A stretch of 64,000 bases of DNA, taken from assembly GCA_030602565.1 (NCBI GenBank), contig JAUVZL010000007.1:761-64760 (forward strand), written 5' to 3'. Below are positions 27,839-34,916 of this stretch, piece after piece. Under the pieces are notes generated by a model. That model was not told where the DNA came from, did not search any database, and saw only the letters and a program-made list of their open reading frames with translations. Origin of the DNA: Candidatus Stahliibacteriota bacterium. GTDB lineage: Bacteria; Hydrothermota; Tepidihabitantia; SM23-42. Position 1 is the stretch's first letter. Each line of letters starts with the position of its first letter. The translations under genes were made by a program, and so were the position numbers.

Positions 27839-28142
27839 AGATTTCCAGCCGATAACTGATATAGATCGAATTATTCATGAACCAGCGCGTCTCATGATCT
27901 TGGCTTTCCTGTACGTCGTTGAAAGGGCGGATTTTATCTTCTTGATGCGTCAGACCAATCTAACTAAAGGTAATCTGTCTTCTCATCTGAGTAAGCTGGA
28001 GGCTGCAGGTTATATCGATATCGAAAAGAAGTTTGTAAGCAAAATCCCGCGGACGCTTCTCCGTCTCACCAAGAGAGGCAGAAAAGCATTTCAGATCTAC
28101 CGACAGAACATGAAAAATGTATTCGAGAATCTGCCTGAATGA
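27813..28142 (+). CDS. winged-helix transcriptional regulator (HTH_34-like)
   Basis: IHEPARLMILAFL...LSSHLSKLEAAGYI pattern; overlaps upstream membrane gene. Confidence 0.55.
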   Translation: MSSKKKENKDFQPITDIDRIIHEPARLMILAFLYVVERADFIFLMRQTNLTKGNLSSHLSKLEAAGYIDIEKKFVSKIPRTLLRLTKRGRKAFQIYRQNMKNVFENLPE

Positions 28143-28281
28143 CAGATAGGCTCAGCGATTAAGATCGTAATATTATGGTTATTGCATTATAACGCACTGT
28201 GAATTAATGGTCCGCTACTTTACATCAGATGGGAATAGTCAAAATACCCCAGCGCATGATAAGTCCATTGTTTAACTCGTC

Positions 28282-28555
28282 CAACTCACCAGGATGTCGG
28301 AGATATCGTCGAAGATATCGAGGGTAATGAGATGAAGTATTTGAGATGCGTCAGTATCGAGTATCCCGAGATGTCGAAGATCTCGAGCACACCGAGAGGC
28401 ATCAGTATCGCCTGTCCCGAGTAATATCGAGGGGAGTATCCCGAGATGCTGAAAGTCCTGAGGAATCGAAGGGATTTGACCCCAATTTCTTCCCTTAGTA
28501 TCGAGAGAAGCCGAGATGAAGAATTGAAGGGACCTGATCCCCAACCTTTCCGCCA
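28282..28555. repeat. full-length composite dispersed repeat (MITE-like): left end CAACTCACCAGGATGTC, 8-bp-periodic TATCGAG/GTCCCGAG interior, right end tandem GAATCGAAGGGATTTGACCCCAATTTCTTCCC-like units
   Basis: fragments of same element at 24416-24536, 30322-30338 (left end only) and 31487-31576 (right end only). Confidence 0.8.
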
Positions 28556-28562
28556 CTCATTT

Positions 28563-28748
28563 TCATGGTTTTGGTATTTCTAACCTTCTGGTTATTTTAA
28601 TGACTAACTTTTTCGCAATTTCTGTGTGCCGTGGTATCGCTTCTATAATACCGTTCCTTGGATTCAACCAAAGAGAATGCTTAGTACCTTCGCGTTTCAA
28701 AATGCAACCATGACGACGAAGATGTCGCAATAATTTTATCCTTTTCAC
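28563..28748 (-). CDS. hicA: type II toxin HicA (mRNA interferase)
   Basis: 61 aa; LRHLRRHGCILKREGTKHSLW pattern of YcfA/HicA. Confidence 0.8.
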   Translation of the reverse strand: MKRIKLLRHLRRHGCILKREGTKHSLWLNPRNGIIEAIPRHTEIAKKLVIKITRRLEIPKP

Positions 28749-28961
28749 TTATATTGAAATTGTTTCTTTTATAGCCTTGGCTGGCATGCCTCTTAGTGAA
28801 TCCTCAAGACGGTCTTGTAGAATTAGTTTAATGGCTTCGGTCAAGTTTTTTCGACATTCTTCCAACGTGCACCCCTGACCATTTGCACCAGGAACTTCGG
28901 GACAGTAACCAATCCACCATTTACCGTCCTTTTCATAAATTGCATGAAATAGATTTGCCAT
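28749..28961 (-). CDS. hicB: HicB-family antitoxin
   Basis: 70 aa UPF0150/HicB-like; adjacent and co-directional with hicA. Confidence 0.65.
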   Translation of the reverse strand: MANLFHAIYEKDGKWWIGYCPEVPGANGQGCTLEECRKNLTEAIKLILQDRLEDSLRGMPAKAIKETISI

Positions 28962-29056
28962 CTTGCACCTCTTTTTTTCAAGAATTTTAAACCTTATTCC
29001 TCCTTCATTATATATGAAGTCAACTAAAAGTCAATAGACCGATTTGCACTAACTCT

Positions 29057-29096
29057 ATCACTGTCCCGCTCACGAGGACTCTTGGAGTAATCTGCT
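29057..29096. repeat. 40-bp exact repeat ATCACTGTCCCGCTCACGAGGACTCTTGGAGTAATCTGCT (copy 1)
   Basis: identical at 30393-30432; 16-bp partial reverse-complement copy at 48926-48941. Confidence 0.9.
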
Positions 29097-29193
29097 ATTT
29101 TTACCCCGTTAGATGACTGCTAAAGTGTCTTTTAGACACCTTAAATACTTGCGAGCAATTAACAATGTTTGACTGCCAATTTAATAAAGATTT

Positions 29194-29823
29194 CTAACGG
29201 GGTGAATCAGTGTCCCGAGTGTATCGAGAGAAGGTTGTCGAGGGGATTTTCTTTTTGTTAGTTTCATTTTTGTTTATTTTATATATTATGTGATAACGAT
29301 ACCATATGCCTCTTGTTTTTCTGAAACCTGCTTTCTCATAAACTCTTATTGCTGGTATATTTTCTTTATGGGGAGGGACTAGAAGGATATCAGCTTTTGT
29401 CTCGGAAAAAACGTATTGCACGATGGTTTTCATTACCTCGGTGCCGTACCCTTTATTCCAGTAAGTTTTGATTAACTTAACATCAGTCATTAGAGCAAGC
29501 TTATTTTTTGGAGCTTTATAGTTTGGACACGACCAGCCTGATCTTAATCTTCCCAACCCACTTTCTCCAATCCGCCCTTCTTTCTTAAGTTTAACAATAA
29601 AATGGATTTCAGTGTTACCATACTTTGTTATATTTTTTTTATATTTCTCAAACCATTTGCAGATTTGGGCGTAATTCCAGTTTTTTGCAAAGCCAGCGTA
29701 CCGCATAATTTCGGGATCATTCCAGAGTTTTAATAGAAACTTCAAATGTTGTTGAGTCATAGGATGGATCACTAGATGTCGTGTCTTTATAATTTGCCTT
29801 TTTTTCATATTTTGTACATTCAT
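29194..29823 (-). CDS. GNAT family N-acetyltransferase
   Basis: 209 aa; acetyl-CoA-binding-like region NKGYGTEVM. Confidence 0.7.
   Translation of the reverse strand: MNVQNMKKRQIIKTRHLVIHPMTQQHLKFLLKLWNDPEIMRYAGFAKNWNYAQICKWFEKYKKNITKYGNTEIHFIVKLKKEGRIGESGLGRLRSGWSCPNYKAPKNKLALMTDVKLIKTYWNKGYGTEVMKTIVQYVFSETKADILLVPPHKENIPAIRVYEKAGFRKTRGIWYRYHIIYKINKNETNKKKIPSTTFSRYTRDTDSPR
29209..29272. repeat. ~65-bp dispersed element GTGTCCCGAGTGTATCGAGAGAAGGTTGTCGAGGGGWTTTTCTTTTTGTTRGTTTCATTTYTG (copy 1)
   Basis: copies at 30622-30694 and partial 31367-31411. Confidence 0.85.
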
Positions 29824-30264
29824 TTATTCCTGAGATGGCTCATAGATTTTTTGACCGCCTGTCCAGCTGTCTCGCCATTCAATCTTGTTGATGTTGATTT
29901 TTAAAAGACAATATTCTTTAGACTCCGGACCATCTGGAAAATACTGTGACAAATCAAATGTTGCCAACTTCCATATTCTCCTTTTTTCTTCCATGTCTGG
30001 AATTATTTCAGCTTGACCGATGATAGTAGCAGCTTTGTCCCCACGGGGTTGTTCTGCAAAAGCAAGACAAATTTTGGGATTTTGCTGAATTTGCTTCACC
30101 TTTCTGGAAGTATTGAAAGTCGTTACCCAGACCGACAGATTGTCTTCAACTATTGGTGACACTGGACGAACTCTTGGTTGGTCTCCATCACAAGTGGCAA
30201 GATATGCATGGAGACAATTTTTTTTCATTATTTCTATTATTTTTTGTTTGTCAGATGAATTCAT
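29824..30264 (-). CDS. pyridoxamine 5'-phosphate oxidase-family (PNPOx-like/general stress protein 26) FMN-binding protein
   Basis: start at MNSSDK with strong SD AAAGGAGGTGG; split-barrel pattern. Confidence 0.65.
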   Translation of the reverse strand: MNSSDKQKIIEIMKKNCLHAYLATCDGDQPRVRPVSPIVEDNLSVWVTTFNTSRKVKQIQQNPKICLAFAEQPRGDKAATIIGQAEIIPDMEEKRRIWKLATFDLSQYFPDGPESKEYCLLKININKIEWRDSWTGGQKIYEPSQE

Positions 30265-30392
30265 TATCCACCTCCTTTTTTTCAAAGAGTATATTCTGAA
30301 GTTAACACATGTCAAGCCAATCCAACTCACCAGGATGTATCTCTACGAGATTCGATTACGGCGATAAACCAAATAAATTACATACCAGTGAT

Positions 30393-30432
30393 ATCACTGT
30401 CCCGCTCACGAGGACTCTTGGAGTAATCTGCT
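30393..30432. repeat. 40-bp exact repeat (copy 2)
   Basis: identical to 29057-29096. Confidence 0.9.
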
Positions 30433-30621
30433 CATAATCGCTGTCCCGCATAGCGTGGATCCTCGTCTTGTATGGCGGGATAATCATACGAGTCTACTCG
30501 TTGCATTTAATTATTGTTGTATCTGTAAATCACTGTCATCTGTTGTTAATCGCTGAAATTGACCCTAGGAGATAATGGCTGTCACGAATTTTTCTCAAAT
30601 CTATGATTTGATTGCAAAACT

Positions 30622-30694
30622 CAGTGTCCCGCCTGTCCCGAGTGTATCGAGAGAAGGTTGTCGAGGGGTTTTTCTTTTTGTTGGTTTCATTTCT
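30622..30694. repeat. ~65-bp dispersed element (copy 2, with extra GTCCCGCCT prefix)
   Basis: see 29209-29272. Confidence 0.85.
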
Positions 30695-31064
30695 GGGCTC
30701 CTTATATCTATTGGTTGCCGTAGGTCTCGTCGTAGATCTCGAAGTATTGAGAGGAGTGTATCGAGAGGCAATTTTTTCATAGACGGAGCAACCGTTTCTC
30801 CAAGTCTTAACAAGATGACACCATTTGCTTCTTTTGTAGCATTTGTCAAACGTTTAGATTTGACGCCATTTGTTTACAAAACAGTATAATCAAAGATAAT
30901 AAAGTCATATTGTCATGCACCGTCCCTACTTCCCAACAGTTAATTTTAGACAACCAGGCGGACGAGGATCGGTCTCAAGATTCTTTATCGAACGTAAAAT
31001 TCGAATAGCATCATTAGGGGAGAGTCTATAGATGAATTTTTCGGCTGATGGTTTTATTAAAACT

Positions 31065-31277
31065 CTATAATTCAAGTTTAGTATTATGCAATTTTTCGTA
31101 GCGTTCTACTACATCAGAAACTGAAATTGGTTGCCCTTTCTCTTCTTTTGCTTTCTTTAAGTCCTCAAGATCCTCAAGGATCTCAATTAATTCAGTGAAA
31201 GCTGGATTAGATTTTGCCCATTCCCAAATCTCTTTTGAAATAATAACTGAATCCTTTTCTATGTTGACTTTCGACAT
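31065..31277 (-). CDS. small hypothetical protein (70 aa), only ORF in a repeat-rich 1.5-kb stretch
   Basis: acidic helical protein; no family assigned. Confidence 0.3.
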   Translation of the reverse strand: MSKVNIEKDSVIISKEIWEWAKSNPAFTELIEILEDLEDLKKAKEEKGQPISVSDVVERYEKLHNTKLEL

Positions 31278-31486
31278 AAGATCCTCCTTATATTCAGTAT
31301 ACGATTATATGTCTAATTCACATTCTGTCAACATAAATGGTGCACGTTTTTATCTGAGTTCTGCAAAGCGAGACGATGAGGGGTTTTTCTTTTTGTTAGT
31401 TTCATTTTTGGCTGCACAAAATTTACTGTCCTCGTTTTCTGTAAAAGAAACGGGACTTCATCAATTTGTGAATTGTGAAGCTGAAA

Positions 31487-31576
31487 GTATCGCCTGTCCC
31501 GAGATGTCGAAGATCTCGCCTGTATCGAGTTTATCGAGATGAGTGAATCGAAGGGATTTGACCCCAATTTCTCTCC
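31487..31576. repeat. right-end fragment of composite dispersed repeat
   Basis: AGTATCGCCTGTCCCGAGATGTCGAAGATCTCG...GAATCGAAGGGATTTGACCCCAATTTCTCTCC. Confidence 0.8.
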
Positions 31577-31579
31577 TGG

Positions 31580-31702
31580 ATACCCTGGTCCCCTGATCAA
31601 GTCAGAGGATGCCAGGGTATGACCCCCGTACGATTAACATCCTACGGGACAGGCGGGATAAATAAAGCGAAAAGACTGAATACCCTGGTCAAGCCAGGGT
31701 AT
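31580..31702. repeat. two hairpins with identical 9-bp stems ATACCCTGG/CCAGGGTAT (31580-31620 and 31680-31702)
   Basis: second has loop TCAAG; both followed by TATGAC. Confidence 0.7.
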
Positions 31703-31889
31703 GACAATAAGTATGCTATAGGGTCAAATATGCCTTCGTTGGAAACTACGGCATACATGCCTACCCTCTCCCTCAATGGGAGAGGGAATTTTTTATTTGA
31801 CTTTTTATCGATATCCTATATAATCAAAACGCAATGAGATTTCAGGGGATAGGACACGAGAGCAGTGCAAGTGATTTATTCTTAATGAT

Positions 31890-32336
31890 ATGCAAAACTA
31901 TTTGCCTATGAAGTGGTCTGTCCATCCAGCAAAAGATAACTTTATAAAGACTATTTTCAGTCTTATTTTCATCGTTGGTTTCCTCGTGTTTGTATCAATT
32001 TTCTACGGAGTTTTCTGGGCTATCCTGGGTTCCATAATTCTTTTTGTCAGTTTGTATTCCTACTTTTTTCCATCGCATTATGAAGTGAATCAGGAGCAGG
32101 TGATTATCAGGAATATATTCCTTACCCAACGCAGGCGCCTGGCCGAGTTCAAGAAAGTCTACCGAGGTAAAAATGGGATACTACTCAGTCCGTTCAAAAG
32201 AAAAACCTTTTTGAACCAGTTTCGCGGTGTTTTTCTTTTGTTGCCGAGAGAACGACAGGAAATTGAGGACTACGTAAGGGGGCTGGTTGAAAGTGATGAA
32301 ATGACCGAGGACGAGCATTCGAAGAAAGATGGTTAG
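31890..32336 (+). CDS. membrane protein, hypothetical
   Basis: two long hydrophobic helices. Confidence 0.4.
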   Translation: MQNYLPMKWSVHPAKDNFIKTIFSLIFIVGFLVFVSIFYGVFWAILGSIILFVSLYSYFFPSHYEVNQEQVIIRNIFLTQRRRLAEFKKVYRGKNGILLSPFKRKTFLNQFRGVFLLLPRERQEIEDYVRGLVESDEMTEDEHSKKDG

Positions 32337-33849
32337 TTCAGATAAGTACGCTGTTGTCGACAAGGTGATTGCTCAGAGATACTCATCGGATTTCTCTATA
32401 CCTTATGAACTCGCACAAATCCTCGCGGCGCGTTTCCCGTCATACAGTGAAGCAAAAAGATTCTTATTTCCAAACGTTGCAAACCTCCATGACCCATGGT
32501 CAATCCCAGACATGGGAAAAGCAGTTGATGAAATTGTTGCTTCAATAAAGGGCAACGAATGTATCCTTATTTACTGCCACGATGATCCTGATGGCTACAC
32601 TTCAGCATCAATTATGTACAAGACTCTTATCGACCTAACAAAGGGGCAGGATGAGAGGATTTTTTTGTACCCGGTTGTGCGTGAAAAAGACGGTTACATC
32701 CTTAACCCGGATGTTCTGAAAAGATATCAAGAACAAGGGGTTAGACTTCTCATAACAGTTGATTTTGGTATCAGTAGTATGGAGAATTTTCGCATCGCCT
32801 CTGAACTCGGCCTGAAACTCGTTGTTTGTGATCATCACGAAACCAAGCTGTCTGATTTTCCTGCTCCAGCAGTAGATCCGAAACGGCCCGATTCACAATA
32901 TCCATTCCGCGAACTGGCGGGCGTTGGCGTTAGCTTCAAGCTTGCCCAGTGTCTTTATCAAAGAGCACTCAATCTAAATGCGGCTGAATTCTATTCGTTG
33001 AAAAGAGATTTTTTTCCATTATTAATGCTTGGTACTATATCAGATCGAGTTGTTCTATTGGATGAGAACCGCATATTTAGCTCCTATGGTTTGAGCGTTT
33101 TTAACAGATTCGATGAACCGTGGATAAAGTACTTCAAAAGAGATGACGAGGTCGATACGTTTTTGATAAGACGTGAGATCATCCCGACAATTGGTTCAGC
33201 CGCTTATGTTGATCCCAACCTCGGTGTAGAGGTGTTCTTATGCCGTGATTTTGAGCGCGTGTCGGAAATTCTTGGTGTTTTAGAGGATATGAACAAGGAA
33301 CGGAAGCGAGGTGTTGATGAGTTATTGAACGCGGTTATTTCAGCAGCAAAGTTCTTCCCCCAACTCGTTGTTTCAATAGTTCCCTTTTCAAAACAGCATT
33401 ATCTTGGTTCGGTTGCCGCACGCCTGAGAGCCCGGTATAAAAAAACCGCGGTCCTTATTGGGCTCAAAGATGCCAAGTGTTTTGGTGAACTGCGTAGTAA
33501 TACAGTCGATCTATTCAAGATGTTAGACCGTTTCAGGTCATTGTTTATAGACTTTGGTGGTCATTGCAAGGCGGCTGGGTTCACGATGTCTGAGACGAAC
33601 CTTGATAGGTTTGTTGACGGCGTGGTTGGATACATTTCAAACGACGATTTACCAGTGAAATTAGAAGAAGAACCAGGTTTGAATGCTCAACCCATTTTTT
33701 TTCTTGAACGTACAAAAATAAATTTATTGCAGCCGCTGACACCGTTTGGCGAAGGCAATCCGCCGCCTCTATTGACAGACCGCACAAATATCTATACAAT
33801 CGATGACAGGCTCAATATAATCGAGAAGGAGATCGATGGCAAACCTTAA
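32329..33849 (+). CDS. DHH-family phosphoesterase (RecJ-like, DHH + DHHA1)
   Basis: motifs YCHDDPDG, DFGISS, CDHHE (DHH). Confidence 0.7.
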   Translation: MVSSDKYAVVDKVIAQRYSSDFSIPYELAQILAARFPSYSEAKRFLFPNVANLHDPWSIPDMGKAVDEIVASIKGNECILIYCHDDPDGYTSASIMYKTLIDLTKGQDERIFLYPVVREKDGYILNPDVLKRYQEQGVRLLITVDFGISSMENFRIASELGLKLVVCDHHETKLSDFPAPAVDPKRPDSQYPFRELAGVGVSFKLAQCLYQRALNLNAAEFYSLKRDFFPLLMLGTISDRVVLLDENRIFSSYGLSVFNRFDEPWIKYFKRDDEVDTFLIRREIIPTIGSAAYVDPNLGVEVFLCRDFERVSEILGVLEDMNKERKRGVDELLNAVISAAKFFPQLVVSIVPFSKQHYLGSVAARLRARYKKTAVLIGLKDAKCFGELRSNTVDLFKMLDRFRSLFIDFGGHCKAAGFTMSETNLDRFVDGVVGYISNDDLPVKLEEEPGLNAQPIFFLERTKINLLQPLTPFGEGNPPPLLTDRTNIYTIDDRLNIIEKEIDGKP

Positions 33850-34432
33850 TTTTGCAAAGAAGGAACTCAATCTAAAAATTGTCTACTACGGAACAGGTCT
33901 TTGTGGCAAAACAACTAATTTACGTACGATATTTTCCGCGATGGGTCCAGCAAGACGGGGACAGATGATGAGTCTTGCTACAGAACTCGATCAGACACTA
34001 TTTTTTGATTTCTTGCCGGTAGATCTGGGAAGTGTTAAGGGCTGGAAACTACGACACCACCTTTACACTGTACCAGGTCAAATATACTACAATGTTTCAC
34101 GCAAGTTAGTTCTTAAGAACGTTGACGGTTTGGTCTTCGTAGTAGATTCCCAGGAAGAACGCGTCGACGAAAATATCGAAAGTCTCAACAACTTACATGA
34201 TAATCTGGGTAGTTATGGTTTGAACCTCAAGGATATCCCAATGGTTATTCAATATAATAAGCGGGATCTTCCCAATATTATACCGATAAGTGATCTGCAA
34301 TTGCATATTAACCGGAACGGATATACTTATTTTGAAAGCGTGGCAATCCGGGGCATAGGTGTTTTTGATACGCTCAAGTCAATCTGTCAGCTCACCGTAG
34401 TCAAGCAGATGGAAAGTTTGCCCCAGGTCTAA
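33836..34432 (+). CDS. mglA: Ras-like small GTPase MglA
   Basis: KIVYYGTGLCGKTTNL P-loop and TLFFDFLP...YTVPGQ switch regions match MglA almost residue-for-residue pattern. Confidence 0.85.
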   Translation: MANLNFAKKELNLKIVYYGTGLCGKTTNLRTIFSAMGPARRGQMMSLATELDQTLFFDFLPVDLGSVKGWKLRHHLYTVPGQIYYNVSRKLVLKNVDGLVFVVDSQEERVDENIESLNNLHDNLGSYGLNLKDIPMVIQYNKRDLPNIIPISDLQLHINRNGYTYFESVAIRGIGVFDTLKSICQLTVVKQMESLPQV

Positions 34433-34470
34433 GCAGCCCCTATTCATAGCCCATTCAACCTAAAAAACTA

Positions 34471-34499
34471 TTGACTTTGGTTTAGTTGTTTGCTATAAT
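34471..34499 (+). promoter_or_regulatory. sigma70 promoter TTGACT-17-TATAAT, -10 ends 9 nt before mglB ATG (leaderless candidate)
   Basis: read directly. Confidence 0.55.
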
Positions 34500-34508
34500 T
34501 TACGTACA

Positions 34509-34916
34509 ATGGATAGACAACGAACAATCATCCTAACCACTGAAAAAGTCAAAAAACTCGACAGTCTACTAGCTGATTTCTGCGAAGAGGCAAATATAGT
34601 ATGGGCGATTTTTACTACAGCATCAGGTCAGATTCTGGTGCAGAAAGGGTTTGTCCATTCCTTTGATGTGTTAGCGATATCTGCGTTGGCATGTGGTGTT
34701 TTCAATTCGACTATGGAACTAGCCCGGATAGTTGGAGAAAGGCATTTCAGTCAATTCCTCCAAGAAGGTAAAAAATTCAGCGTCTACTATATCGGGGTCC
34801 ACGAAGATTATTTATTGGTTTCTCTTTTTGACGACCGTACGCTACCTGGCGTCGTTAAGGTGGCGAGCAAGGATTTTTCAGTAGGTGCAGAGGAGGTTCT
34901 GAGAAACGGAAAATGA
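34509..34916 (+). CDS. mglB: roadblock/LC7-domain protein MglB (MglA GAP)
   Basis: 135 aa roadblock fold pattern; adjacent to mglA. Confidence 0.75.
   Translation: MDRQRTIILTTEKVKKLDSLLADFCEEANIVWAIFTTASGQILVQKGFVHSFDVLAISALACGVFNSTMELARIVGERHFSQFLQEGKKFSVYYIGVHEDYLLVSLFDDRTLPGVVKVASKDFSVGAEEVLRNGK

Noticed and set aside
28272-28556. 94-aa ORF on minus strand
   Set aside because: Entirely encoded by the composite dispersed repeat. Periodic repeat-derived translation, no SD.
30575-30889. 104-aa and 82-aa ORFs
   Set aside because: Span the 65-bp repeat element and give Arg/Ser low-complexity translation.
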